DNA of 64,000 nucleotides. Source: Pirellulales bacterium (lineage in GTDB: Bacteria; Planctomycetota; Planctomycetia; Pirellulales; JAICIG01). The notes below the pieces were generated by a model, which worked only from the letters and a program-made list of their open reading frames with translations, did not search any database and was not told the DNA's origin. A program made the position numbers and the translations under genes. Location of the stretch: positions 10,539 through 74,538 of the forward strand of contig DASZTS010000116.1 in the NCBI GenBank assembly GCA_035547915.1, written 5' to 3'. Each line of letters starts with the position of its first letter. Position 1 is the first letter of the stretch. Shown here piece after piece: positions 1 through 11,000 of this stretch.

Positions 1-831
1 CAATTGAAAATGGTTCAACCGTTCCCCGGCCAGTTGCCTGGCCAATTCGGCGTGGCCCAACGGGCGGGGTACGCCTCCGGGGGTGCCGGCTGGTCGTTGG
101 GAGATGACCGTCGCTTGGTCGGGATCGCAGTTCGCGTCGACCGGCAGCGCCTGCGTGCGGCGTGATGACCCGTCACCGGAAATCGGTGCGATCGGGACTC
201 GCTGGCTGGAACTCGCGCTGTTCATCCAATACGACGGTTCATGGCTGTGCCCGCACCTCCGCGGCTCACGACCGACCTCGTCATCGGCCGGACAGGCGCC
301 GGCACGACAGGCCGACTGCCCTGAGGCGAACGCCTCGCTCTGTAAGAAAGGAATGACTGCCGCGGTTCAACAGTTACCTTATGGTATTTGCCCGGTTCCC
401 GACGGTCAACCGCAGCGAGACATGGGCCAGCACACCTGCGACCGACGCTGCCATCACCTTCATCCCCCTCTTTCTGACGAACCTACCGTCGCCCGCGCGG
501 GACAGATCCCAGTTCATCGATAATTATGCCCAATTTGGCGGAAAATCGACCGAAGGATTGTCCTGCTAGCAGATGGACACTTGGGATATGTGAAAAACAG
601 CACTGCCTGTTCTTTGGGCAAAGCGTCTCTGCGCAACAATTAGGCAGCCGTGCGTGCACGTTGAGCAGCGAATCGCCGTTGTTGTAAGTGCTAGCACGCC
701 AATGCTATCTGTCTCGTGCTTGCCTCGCATTCAGAATTCGGCGACCCATCAAGGCGGGAGTCGAACGTTCGTCCGCTTCACGTGGGTCGTTTCCACCACA
801 TCACGGAAGTGCGAGCAAGGAGAACAGCGGG

Positions 832-1254
832 ATGTCGTCGAGCAACCTTGAAACGAACCGGAAGACCGTCCATATCGTGGCACAGGCCTTCTACAATCGC
901 GGCCCCGACTGGGTCACCTTCTTCCGCGAAGTCTTGGGCGTCAATGGTATCGTCCGCACCGTCTTTGCCGAGCCAAAACTGCTTGCCGAATTCGAATCGA
1001 CCCCGGAATATGCTGACATTCAGCTCATGCTGACCAAATTGCGCGAACAGGCCGATGTGTTGGCCCCCAAGGAAGCTACCAAAGTCATTACGGTCCGGCT
1101 GCCGCAGAGCCTCCACGACGCATTGACGGCCGAAGCCGAAGCCTACGGCACCAGTGTGAATAAGCTGTGCATTTCCAAGCTCACGCAAATCATCGACGAG
1201 GAGTTCATACCCAACGGTAAAGCGGCCGCCAATCGCGAGGCGGAGGGCCGATGA
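832..1254 (+). CDS. HicB-like ribbon-helix-helix DNA-binding protein (orphan antitoxin-like)
   Basis: ATG at 832 preceded by AAGGAG. C-terminal VITVRLPQSLHDALTAEAEAYGTSVNKLCISKL fits the RHH/HicB pattern. The track start at 688 is probably too far upstream. Confidence 0.7.
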   Translation: MSSSNLETNRKTVHIVAQAFYNRGPDWVTFFREVLGVNGIVRTVFAEPKLLAEFESTPEYADIQLMLTKLREQADVLAPKEATKVITVRLPQSLHDALTAEAEAYGTSVNKLCISKLTQIIDEEFIPNGKAAANREAEGR

Positions 1255-1277
1255 AAAAGGGCCGTGCCCGGACGACG

Positions 1278-2552
1278 CTACTCGCGGTCGCGCGTTTCGA
1301 GGGATGTGGTCTGAGCCGGCGCGGCCGGCGGCGCTTCGGCGGCTGCGGGCGCTGTTTCTGCCTTGCCGTCGATGGGAATGTGGGCGGTGACCTGAAGATT
1401 GATCAGGGCGCGGGTGGATGCGCTGGGCCGCAATAGGATCCGGGCTTCGACGACGCGCCGGTCGGTGCTCGCTGTGGGGTCGAGTCCCACAACTGAATTC
1501 TTGGCCACCATATTGCCGATGTAGGTCACCTTCCCGGAGAGCGGCGATGCCAGAGCCTTGCTATCGACGCACGCTTCGGCGTCGACGCGGATGTGGCGAA
1601 CGTCGTCTTCGTACACTTCGACCACCGCCACCATGCGGCTGATGTCGGCCATCTGTAGAATCGGCTGCTGCGTGAGCGTATCGCCATCGTTCAGAAAGAT
1701 CCGGACGATCTCGCCGTCGCTGGGGGCCTTGAGCGTGGTAAGCTCCACTCGGCGCCGCGCCAATTCGACTTGTTTCTCGAGCGAATCGATCAGTACCAGC
1801 GAAGGAATGCGGGCCCGATTGGCTTCCGCCGTTTTCCGCTTGGCACGGGCCTGACGATAAGCCAAATCTATCGATTCTTGCAATTTTTTCGATTCGTCGA
1901 TGGCGGCTTCGAGCTCGTTGCGCGCCTTATTGGTCGCCAACTCCTGGTGCGCTAGCTGCTGGTCCGAGACGATGTGCTCGCCGGGCGCGGCGTTCTGCGA
2001 ATGCCGCACGAGCTTGAGCCGCTCCAAGTCGTCCTGCGACGAACGGTATGCCGCCATCAGGCCGGCCACCTTCTTTTGATGCGCTTCTTGGTCGAGCTTT
2101 TGCAATTGCGCCTGCTCTTCAGCCAGATCGGCTTCTCCGAGGGCGGCGTCGGCATAAGCCTCTTCGGCGATTTTGCGTGCGCGGGCCTCGGCCAACTGCG
2201 TCTCGGCCAGTTCCAACTCTCCCTGGCGCAATGTGCGGCTTTCGAGTATCGCTAGCTCCTGGCCTTCGTGCACCTGCTCGCCGAGGTGCACTTTCAGATC
2301 GTCCAGGCGGTCGCCGGGCGTACCGTTTATGCTGATTACGCCGTTTTCCGGTTCCAGGCGGGCTAGCGCTGCCACGTTCGGCCCGGTGGAGGGGGCGCAA
2401 GCGCCGACGGATTCGGGCGTTTCGCGGCCGGTTTCGTGCGGTGCGATGGTCTTGGGAGAGGTGGGCTGTCCCCAGTCCTGTTGGCGCATGATCGCCCAGG
2501 TCGCCAATGAACTGGCGACCGCGGCCACGATCACGGTGAGCATCCACTTCAT
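1278..2552 (-). CDS. HlyD/DevB-type membrane fusion (periplasmic adaptor) protein
   Basis: N-terminal TM helix, ALARLEPENGVI, long coiled coil, LKAPSDGEI half-lipoyl motif, EVYEDDV and DRRVVEARI as in DevB-like adaptors. Confidence 0.85.
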   Translation of the reverse strand: MKWMLTVIVAAVASSLATWAIMRQQDWGQPTSPKTIAPHETGRETPESVGACAPSTGPNVAALARLEPENGVISINGTPGDRLDDLKVHLGEQVHEGQELAILESRTLRQGELELAETQLAEARARKIAEEAYADAALGEADLAEEQAQLQKLDQEAHQKKVAGLMAAYRSSQDDLERLKLVRHSQNAAPGEHIVSDQQLAHQELATNKARNELEAAIDESKKLQESIDLAYRQARAKRKTAEANRARIPSLVLIDSLEKQVELARRRVELTTLKAPSDGEIVRIFLNDGDTLTQQPILQMADISRMVAVVEVYEDDVRHIRVDAEACVDSKALASPLSGKVTYIGNMVAKNSVVGLDPTASTDRRVVEARILLRPSASTRALINLQVTAHIPIDGKAETAPAAAEAPPAAPAQTTSLETRDRE

Positions 2553-2618
2553 AGTAAGGTCTTTCTGGGCAGGCAACTTTAGAATAGTCTAGGCAGGCGA
2601 GCAAACGGTCGCAAATTT

Positions 2619-4298
2619 ATGAGAATTAGCGCGATCCCCCAGCTTTATCGGAACGTCAACCGCTGGGGCGAAATTCTTTCGGTTTTGAGCAAATATGGCC
2701 TTGCCAACTGGGTCAGTCGTCTCGATTGGGAATTTGCCAAGCGATTTTTCAAAGATGCCGACGGGGAGTTGTTGGCCCAGTATCGCCCCGAAGCGCGCAT
2801 TCGCCTGGCGCTTACCGAGCTAGGGCCGACCTTCATCAAGCTAGGGCAGATCCTGAGCACCCGCGCCGACTTGGTGGGAGCCGAGTTGGCCAACGAATTG
2901 CGGCTCCTGCAAGAAGACGTCCGGGCCGACTCACCTGAGGTGGTGCGGGCCACCATCGAAGCCGAACTGGGGCGGAACATCGAGGCGCTCTTCGCCCAGT
3001 TCAGCGACGAGCCGATCGCGTCCGCCTCGATCGGCCAAGTCCATCTCGCCCGCCTGCGCGGCGGCGAGGAAGTTGTGGTCAAGGTGCAGCATGCCGGCAT
3101 CGTCGAAAAGGTGAAAATCGACCTCGACATTCTCGTCGGGCTGGCCCAGATGGCCGAGATGGTGCCCGAGTTCGCCCCCTATCGTCCTCGTTCGGTCGTC
3201 GCGGAGTTCCAGCGCACGCTACGGCGCGAACTCGATTTCAGCCGCGAGGAACGTCACATGCGGCAATTCGCTGGCGATTTTGCCGACGATCCGACGGTCT
3301 GCATCCCTCACTCCTACCCCGATCTTTGCACCAACCGTGTCTTGACCATGGAGCGGCTCGTCGGCATCCGGTTGATGGAGCGCGAGAGGCTGATTTCGGC
3401 CGGTTACGATCTGGAACAGGTTGCGCGGCGCGGGGCCGACCTCTATTTGAAGATGATCTTTGTGCACGGCTGCTACCACGCCGACCCACATCCGGGGAAC
3501 CTCGTCGTGTTGCCGGGCAATGTCATCGGGCTGTTGGATTTCGGGATGATCGGCCGCATCGATGAACCGCTGCGCGAGAACATCGAAGAAATGTTCTCCG
3601 CCTTGGTCGAGCAAGACGCGGTGCACCTGACCTCGATCATCACGCGCATCGGTATGGTGCCGGCGCAATTGGACCAGGCGGCGCTGAGCGTCGACCTCTC
3701 TGACTTTGTGAGCCACTATGCCAATCAGCGGCTGGATGAGTTCGATCTGGGCGGGGCGCTGAATGAAATGCTCGATATCATTCGCCGCTACCAGATTATG
3801 CTGCCCGAGCGGGTGGCGATGCTCGTCAAAGTCTTCGTCATGCTCGAGGGTACCAGCCGGCTGTTGTTGCCGAGTTTCAGCCTGATGGAGGTCGTGCGGC
3901 CCTACCAACGGCAACTCGTCTGGCGGCGGCTTTCGCCGGGGCGTCAAGCGCGGAAGCTTCGCCGGCTCTACTCGGAGGTGGAGCATCTGGTCGAGGTTCT
4001 GCCTCGCGGGCTCGTCGATATTCTGCACCAGGTGCAGACGGGGCGCTTCGACGTTCACCTCGACCACCGCGGGTTGGAGCCTTCGGTCAATCGACTCGTG
4101 CTGGGCCTGCTGGCGAGCGCCCTCTTTTTGGGTTCTTCGATGCTTCTGGCCACCAAGGTACCACCGCTGATTCCCTGGCCACGCCTGCTAGAAGATCTAT
4201 CCTTGCTGGGTGTGGTCGGTTCGACGCTGAGTATTCTACTGGGACTGCGGCTCTGGCGGGCTATCAACAAATCGGGGCACCTCGATCGTCGCAAATAG
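2619..4298 (+). CDS. ABC1/UbiB/AarF family atypical kinase
   Basis: LGPTFIKLGQILSTR, ASASIGQVH, VVVKVQ, HADPHPGN, LLDFGM and two C-terminal TM helices. Confidence 0.95.
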   Translation: MRISAIPQLYRNVNRWGEILSVLSKYGLANWVSRLDWEFAKRFFKDADGELLAQYRPEARIRLALTELGPTFIKLGQILSTRADLVGAELANELRLLQEDVRADSPEVVRATIEAELGRNIEALFAQFSDEPIASASIGQVHLARLRGGEEVVVKVQHAGIVEKVKIDLDILVGLAQMAEMVPEFAPYRPRSVVAEFQRTLRRELDFSREERHMRQFAGDFADDPTVCIPHSYPDLCTNRVLTMERLVGIRLMERERLISAGYDLEQVARRGADLYLKMIFVHGCYHADPHPGNLVVLPGNVIGLLDFGMIGRIDEPLRENIEEMFSALVEQDAVHLTSIITRIGMVPAQLDQAALSVDLSDFVSHYANQRLDEFDLGGALNEMLDIIRRYQIMLPERVAMLVKVFVMLEGTSRLLLPSFSLMEVVRPYQRQLVWRRLSPGRQARKLRRLYSEVEHLVEVLPRGLVDILHQVQTGRFDVHLDHRGLEPSVNRLVLGLLASALFLGSSMLLATKVPPLIPWPRLLEDLSLLGVVGSTLSILLGLRLWRAINKSGHLDRRK

Positions 4299-4362
4299 GT
4301 CACTCGGCGCTGCGACAGCCTGTCGGTGTTACCCCTCCGGGCTCAAGGCAAAAATTCTGATT

Positions 4363-4392
4363 TTGCTATGGCAAACCGGCGCGGCTTATAGT
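4363..4392 (+). promoter_or_regulatory. Putative sigma70-type promoter of the RRM gene
   Basis: TTGCTA-18 bp-TATAGT in an AT-rich patch about 215 bp upstream of the ATG at 4608. Confidence 0.4.
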
Positions 4393-4607
4393 ATAGAACT
4401 GCTATCGAAGGGTCCGTCCAACCCGCACAGGGGCGGCACATCCGCCGTGGGCCCAAGTCCAGAGCGAGCGATTGTCGAGCTTGCGGTCACCGGGCCGCGC
4501 TAGTCCACTTCTTTTTCGGTTATGCTCGCTTCCTTCCCCCAGCGTTTGTTCCGTGGATTCTGCCACGGTTTGCTGTTGTTTTGTATTCGTTTCTGAAGGG
4601 TCGTTCG

Positions 4608-4934
4608 ATGAAGATGTACGTAGGCAACCTGGCCTGGTCGGTCACCAACGCGGATCTGGAAGGGCTGTTCGCGGCCTATGGGCCGGTTCGCTCGGCCGAG
4701 GTGATCATGGATCGCGAGACCGGCCGCTCTCGGGGGTTCGGATTCGTCGAGATGGAAGGCCAGGATGCCGCTCAGCAGGCCATGCAGGCGTTGAACGGTG
4801 CCCCGTTTCAAGGCCGCAACCTGACGGTCAACGAGGCGCGCGAGCGCACGCCGCGTCCGGGAGGTGGTGGCGGCGGCGGCGGTGGTCGCGGCGGCTATCG
4901 TGGTGGCGGTGGCGGACGTTCGCGCGACTATTAA
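4608..4934 (+). CDS. RRM-domain RNA-binding protein with Gly/Arg-rich tail
   Basis: RNP2 MYVGNL, RNP1 RGFGFVEM, LTVNEAR and a GGGGRGGY tail. Confidence 0.97.
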   Translation: MKMYVGNLAWSVTNADLEGLFAAYGPVRSAEVIMDRETGRSRGFGFVEMEGQDAAQQAMQALNGAPFQGRNLTVNEARERTPRPGGGGGGGGGRGGYRGGGGGRSRDY

Positions 4935-5249
4935 TCGTGCGGTGTGGGCCGTTGGCATCTACGCCGTCTGACGCACCCGCACGACCGCACCGGATAACAA
5001 AGTAGGCGGGCTCACGCTGGACCGGGACCGGCGCGGACCCGATCGATCGCCGAAGACGCGAATACGAGCATCATTGCACACCGTCGCTCGTCGTGTGACG
5101 GGTTGTGGCGGGCGCTCTCGTTGCGGGCACATTGTGGCCCTCTATCGATCGAAGCAAGATTGTTGCACTCTGGTTGTTCGATGAACCAGAGATCGGATCC
5201 ATAAGAGCACCAGTACAAAGATGAGGGCTCCTACCGTGGCCCTGGCTTA

Positions 5250-5347
5250 GAGTAACCGACAAAACCGGGTCGAGCTTCACAAAATCGGCGTTTCACGGCC
5301 GATTTTTTGCCTGCGGCGCTCCGGCGTCCGGGTTTTGTCAGCCGCTC
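5250..5347 (-). mobile_element. MITE copy 1 (98 bp, IS5/IS1031-like ends)
   Basis: TIRs GAGTAACCGACAAAACC ... GGTTTTGTCAGCCGCTC flanked by TTA (5247-5249) and TTA (5348-5350). Near-identical to four other copies in the window. Confidence 0.85.
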
Positions 5348-6874
5348 TTATTGTTTTTCGCGCCGCCGGTTCTGATCGGTGACCGAATGAGCCGCGATCT
5401 GCCGTAGCACCTCCGCGCTCGCGCTATCGGCTGCCAGATTCTGTAGCGATCCTCGCTGTTCGCCGGAGTTCGCGGCGGTGGAATCCTCGCTCACACCGGC
5501 GTCTATCTCGTTGCGATGAAGGTTGCTCAAGGGTTCCTGCGGCGATACGAAACGCTCTGCAACCTGCCGGTGGAACTTATCGTCGCTGCGAGACAGACGA
5601 GATACCACCAGCCACAGAACGGCGGTGAGCACGACGAACAGCAATAAAAATATGCCGTTGGCGAAACGCTGATCGATCGGCTCGGGCTCGATCCAGACGG
5701 GCTCTCGCCCGATGAGCAAGGGAGCGAGTTGCTTGCGGACCACGTTGGGCTGGTCCGCGTCCGTCGTCTCGCCGGACCGATATCCCCACTTCTTGAAGAA
5801 GAACCCGGCGATGCGCACCGGCTCCATGATGCGCACCCCCTCGGGGAAGCCACGCGGCAGTTCGCGCACGCAGAACGTAAGCGGATTGCCCTGAGAATCG
5901 TCCGTGAAGATCTCCATCTCGTAGAAATGGTCGATACCGAAACGAGCGATCACGTCACGATCTTCGACGCGGCGCAGCACTGCCTGCTTCGCCGTGCCGG
6001 TCAACTCGACGAGCCTTCCCCGTTGCGTAAGCGGCTTATTGAATAGCGGCTCGACCTTCGCATTTCGGTCGTCCTGCGCCACCGCCCGCAGTAGTTGCTT
6101 CGTGCCGACGCGGCCCACGGCCGCCATGAGCTGATAGAAACACTCGCGATCCTCGGCGCTCACGCCGGGACGCGAGCTGACCTCGTCGAACAGCCCGGCG
6201 TCCATCTCCAGATCACCGAGTGGCGTCGCGGGATACCAGGCGATGCGCCGCGCCACCACTACCGGCCGCGAATCGGGGCCGCTGCCCGCACATTGCACGA
6301 AAAGGCCCGTCACACCGACGCGCGCGGTGAGCGGCGTCCCCAACTTCCACTCCTTGGGCACCGCCAAGGCATAGGCGATCGCCGCTTGCCGGCCTTCACC
6401 TACCTCAAGTTCGCAACGATAGTATCGCGGAAGATTGAATAGTTCGGCGGTTTCGGCCGGAGGCTCGTGCACCGTGACGCGGTTGACCTCGCCGTTCCAC
6501 GACACGATCTCGCCGCGAAACTGCGCGGGTGAGTCGACGACCGCCCGCGGTGTCAGCTCCGTTCGCTTCCAGCGATCGATATCGAGGAGCGAAAAGCGCC
6601 GCATGGAATAGAGCATGCGCCAGAGCAGTTCGCCGCCCTCCGACGGGAAATCATCTCCGTCCTGCGCCTGTTCGAGCCGCTCGGCGACGCCCAACAGGCC
6701 AAGCATCTCTCGCGAGGGCGAGATGTGGACGTCGGCCTTCTTGTGCGGCTCCGTCGCGCGCGGCTCACCCGCGATTCTGACGTCTTGCCCCAGGGCAACG
6801 CGGCAAACGAAATAGCTTATCACCACCAAAGCCGACGCCGTGCGCATCATTCGATCGACGCTACCCCTGGTCAC
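5348..6874 (-). CDS. Hypothetical membrane-anchored protein with two copies of an OB-fold-like domain
   Basis: Signal-like N-terminus, repeated P.xRG.xV..xG motif and a C-terminal TM helix. Paralogous to the upstream ORF. Confidence 0.75.
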   Translation of the reverse strand: MTRGSVDRMMRTASALVVISYFVCRVALGQDVRIAGEPRATEPHKKADVHISPSREMLGLLGVAERLEQAQDGDDFPSEGGELLWRMLYSMRRFSLLDIDRWKRTELTPRAVVDSPAQFRGEIVSWNGEVNRVTVHEPPAETAELFNLPRYYRCELEVGEGRQAAIAYALAVPKEWKLGTPLTARVGVTGLFVQCAGSGPDSRPVVVARRIAWYPATPLGDLEMDAGLFDEVSSRPGVSAEDRECFYQLMAAVGRVGTKQLLRAVAQDDRNAKVEPLFNKPLTQRGRLVELTGTAKQAVLRRVEDRDVIARFGIDHFYEMEIFTDDSQGNPLTFCVRELPRGFPEGVRIMEPVRIAGFFFKKWGYRSGETTDADQPNVVRKQLAPLLIGREPVWIEPEPIDQRFANGIFLLLFVVLTAVLWLVVSRLSRSDDKFHRQVAERFVSPQEPLSNLHRNEIDAGVSEDSTAANSGEQRGSLQNLAADSASAEVLRQIAAHSVTDQNRRREKQ

Positions 6875-7892
6875 GCTGGGCGAGTTCGGCCAGTTGCTGT
6901 CGGACGTCGGGGGCCGGCTCTTGGCCTGTCAGTTCGCGAAGACTGTCCGGCTTGGGGTGCGGCATGACAAAGCGCGTTTTGCGACGCGTGGCGTTGAAGA
7001 CGAAGGCCACCACGACCAGACTGGCGAGCACCGCCAAGACAAGCGCCACCGCGAGACCGCCCAACTCCGTGTTTACCGCACGACCCTTCGCAGCGGCCGG
7101 TCCCGCGGCTACAGCCGGCCGCCAGTCGACCGTTTTGCTGAGTAAGAGGGGCCACGTCATGATCTCCTTGTCTTCCGACAGGTGCGCCCACCGCTTGTAA
7201 GAGAAGCCCGTCAACTTTACCGGCTCGCGCAGCTTTTCACCCAAGGGAAAACCCTGCGGCGGCTCGAGACAATAGACGATGACCGCGTATGCCCGATCGC
7301 TCGGCTCGATGACCAATTGGGTGTATTGCGTGATACCGTAGTCGTTTTCCGCCGGTGTCCTCGACAAGGCGCGCAGCACCGTTCCCTCGATTGTCACCAG
7401 ATCACCGCGGAACTCCTTGGGCTGCGTGAAGAGCTGCGTGAAGCTCACCGGGCCGATCGACGCTCGCTCTAATTCGTCTTCGCTCGTCGACTGGAGTATT
7501 TTCAACAAGTGAAAGAAGGCCGATGATTCGCTAGAGCGGAATGCGGTGTCGTCGCGGACGTGGGACAACAACTCGCGATCGACCCCGTCGAAGAATTCCT
7601 TTTGGGGTGGCAGTTCATCCTTGTGGTCCGCTTCCGCGATGAACTCGCCGGGTGCCGTAGCACGGCGCCGCAGTTCGGGGGGCTGTTCCACCTTTGCCAG
7701 TCGCTGAGGATCGCCGCCTGCTGCGCCGGGCTGCCCCGCCCCCTGCAATAACCATCCCCAGCGTTGCGGATGGGCCGCTTCCTCGATGAGAAACAGCACC
7801 AACCCCACGGCAAATACCAGGGCTAGCAGCTTGCGTTGCTCGCCACGGGCAAAGTAGTTACGAGTACGGCCCTTGGGGCGAAAATCGAGCAT
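6861..7892 (-). CDS. Hypothetical membrane protein, paralog of the downstream ORF
   Basis: N- and C-terminal TM helices. QPKEFRGDLVTIEG and PQGFPLGEKLREPVKLTGFSYKRW match PRGFPEGVRIMEPVRIAGFFFKKW in the neighbour. Confidence 0.75.
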   Translation of the reverse strand: MLDFRPKGRTRNYFARGEQRKLLALVFAVGLVLFLIEEAAHPQRWGWLLQGAGQPGAAGGDPQRLAKVEQPPELRRRATAPGEFIAEADHKDELPPQKEFFDGVDRELLSHVRDDTAFRSSESSAFFHLLKILQSTSEDELERASIGPVSFTQLFTQPKEFRGDLVTIEGTVLRALSRTPAENDYGITQYTQLVIEPSDRAYAVIVYCLEPPQGFPLGEKLREPVKLTGFSYKRWAHLSEDKEIMTWPLLLSKTVDWRPAVAAGPAAAKGRAVNTELGGLAVALVLAVLASLVVVAFVFNATRRKTRFVMPHPKPDSLRELTGQEPAPDVRQQLAELAQRDQG

Positions 7893-8041
7893 AATCGCTA
7901 TCGCGGCAGCGGCGCAAGACGAGAAAACACGCCAATACCTTGACCAAGGTTATTGTAGGCCCCGGTCTCCAAGCCAACAAGTTTGGCCGCAAGGCCCGAG
8001 GCGGAGCCGCCATCGACGAATGAGTGAGTCGACAGGCCGAT

Positions 8042-11000
8042 CTAGCCGGGCACGAACTCCGAAAGCGTCTGTGCCTCGGTGCCGAAAATCGCGTCGAAAC
8101 GCTCACGGTTGCGGCCCAAGTAGTGGCGGCACTCGGCTTGCAGTTCGTCCCCGTCTCCGTATCCCAGAGCATGGGCCAGCTTGGCCAACTCGATGGGGTC
8201 GTCGGGCAACACACGAGTTGGAGCTTGCATCAAACGCAACCGCGACTCGACGGTTCGCAAGAAACGATAGCTCGTACTGAAGTATTCGTAGTCCGCGTTG
8301 CTGAGGTAGCCGTGCTGGTGCAACTGCTGGAGCGCCGCCAGCGTGTTGGGACTTCGAATAGCCGGATTGTCTCGGCCGTGCTTGAGCTGCAACATCTGCA
8401 CGAGGAACTCGATATCGACGATGCCTCCGGGGCCGCGTTTGATATTGTTCGCGGGCGCCGATTCTTCCATGCGCCTTCGCATGTCGCGGATGGCCTCCGA
8501 GCCTCCGTTCGGCCAGGGATGATCGTAAGCCGCCCGGGCAATGACCTGCTCGACTTCGGCGACGAGAACCGGAGAAGCCACGGACACGCGCGCCTTGGTC
8601 ATGGCCTGCCGTTCCCAGAGTTGGCCCGCGCCTTCGGCGAAGTAGCGGCCGAATTCGGCGAGCGTCGTGGCCAAGGCGCCGCTCTTTCCCGTGGGTCGCA
8701 AACGTAGATCGACCTCGTATAGCTTGCCGTAGGGGCCCAGCCGGCTACAGATCTTCACGATCCGCTGCCCCAATTCGCTGAAGAAATGCTGGTTCGTCGT
8801 CGTGGTGGCGTTCCGGCGACCGCGCGGTCCGTGAAAGGTCGGGCCATCGGCCTCGTACAGGAACACGAGATCGAGGTCGCTGTGGTAATTCAGCTCGCGC
8901 CCACCCAATTTGCCTAGCGCGAGGATCGCGTATTCGCAGCGCTCGCCCGTGCGCGAACCGCCGGCAATGGTCGGCTCGCCCCACTTCGCCACGAGCTTCG
9001 CATATTCGCTGTGGGCGATGGCTTCGACGCACGTTTCGGCCACGTCCGAGAGCGCCTCGGTCGTGGCGTGTACGTCTTCCTTGCCCAGAATGTCGCGCAC
9101 GCCCACGCGCAACTGCATCGTATTCTTGAAACTGTGCAGAATCGGTTCGAGGTCTTCTGCTCCACGGGCCAACTCGGTCAGCGTCTCGCGCAGCGACGGG
9201 CGCGTCGGCAGCTTGTTGAGCACCAGGCTGTCCATCAACTCGTCGATCATGCCCGGGTTGCTGATCAGGATGCTCGATAGGTACGGGCTCGATGAGCAGA
9301 GCTCCACGTACAGATTCATCGAGGGCGGGTTGAAGCTGAACAGCTCCCACAGCACTCCCTTGCCGCCCAGAGAATCACTGACTTTCTCCAGATTCACGAG
9401 CGTGGAATCGGGATCGGGCGTGGCCGCGATGGCCCGCAGCAGCCGCGGCGCGATCGCGGCCAGAAAGTGGCGGCAGCGGCGCGTGAGCAAGAAACGCAGC
9501 TTCTCGGTGGCCAACGACACCAGATTCTGGTACGCCAGCGGCACGTCGCGGAACGGGTAGCGGCCGAGGACGACAGAGATCTTATCGGGCGGCGGGCTGG
9601 GGTCGAGCACAAGATCGACTTCGGGTTCCGTCTGGGCATCGTCGCCGAAGGCGTCGTGCAACAGGTGATCGAGGATCCTGCGATTCACTTCGGTCTTCGT
9701 CTGGTAGTCGGCCTCGAACGCCGCCAGCGCTGTCTTTCCCGGGGCGTCGCGGTAACCCATGCGGATCGCCAGCTTGCGCGTCTCGTTGCTCTCATCGGGA
9801 AGCAGGTGCGTCTGCAAATCGAAAAGGATTTGCAACCGGTGTTCGATCTTCCGCAGGAAGCGATAATTCTCGTCGAGCAGCGAGCACTCCTGATGGGTCA
9901 GGCAACCGACGCCCTGCAATTGCGTGAGGGCTTCGAGCGTGTTGCCGGTTCTCAATTCCGGCAGATCTCCGCCGTTGAGCAACTGCAAGAACTGAATGGC
10001 GAACTCAACGTCTCGAATGCCACCGCGGCCCGTCTTGACGTTGCGAGATTCGTCGCCCTCGCTCATCACACGGTGTTCGATGCGCCGCTTGAGCGCCTTA
10101 ATGCCCGTGATGTCAGCCAGCGATAAGTAGCGCCGATAGATCCACGGCTCCAGCGCCTGCAAGAATTCGTCGCCGAGGTCGCGATCACCGGCCACGGCCC
10201 TGGCTTTGACGTAAGCCTGCCGTTCCCAGGTACGCCCCAAAACATCGTAATAGGAAAGAGCGGCTTCCAAGCTGTGGGCCACGGGCCCGCGCTCACCCTC
10301 AGGCCGCAGGCGCAGATCGACGCGATAGACGTAACCCAACTCGGTGGATTCGGTAAGCAGTTTGACGACATCGCGCACGAGCCGGTCGACGTATTCGACG
10401 TTGGTGGTCGGCCGCGGGCCGTCGGTCTTACCGTCGCATTCGTAGATAAACAGCAGGTCGATGTCGCTCGAATAGTTCAATTCGACGCCACCCAGCTTGC
10501 CCATCGCCAGGACGGCAAACCGCGCGGGCTTGCCGTCGGGCCGGCGCGGCTGGCCTCGCTTCTCGGACAACTTACGCCGCACGAACCGAACGGCCGCTTC
10601 GACAATGGCATCGGCCAAAAACGAGATCTGCGAAGCCACGACTTCCAGCGGTTGCCCCCGAATCAGGTCGCCGTAGGCGATGCGGAGCGTTTCGCGCCGT
10701 TTGAACCTCCGCAGTGCCGCGCTCACGGCCGCCGTGTCGGAAAGGGCGTCGATCTCGCTCGCCAATTCGGCCGCGAGCACGTCGCGGTGAACGGGGTGTC
10801 CCTCGGTCATACGTAGCAGGTCGTAGCCGCCGGGATCGTTGATCAGCAGATCGCTGAAGTATTGGCTCGTGGAAAAGATTTGCAGCAAGATGGGGAGCGA
10901 GTCGACGTCGCGTTCGAAAAGCGAACCGAGTGCCAGCGGGCTGCGCGCGGCGGCGACGAATCGGTCCAGATTGTTGAGCGCCATGTCGGGATCGCTCGCC

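Noticed and set aside
4861..4915. GGC/GGT microsatellite as a phase-variation tract
   Set aside because: It is an in-frame, mixed-codon run encoding the usual glycine-rich tail of RRM proteins.
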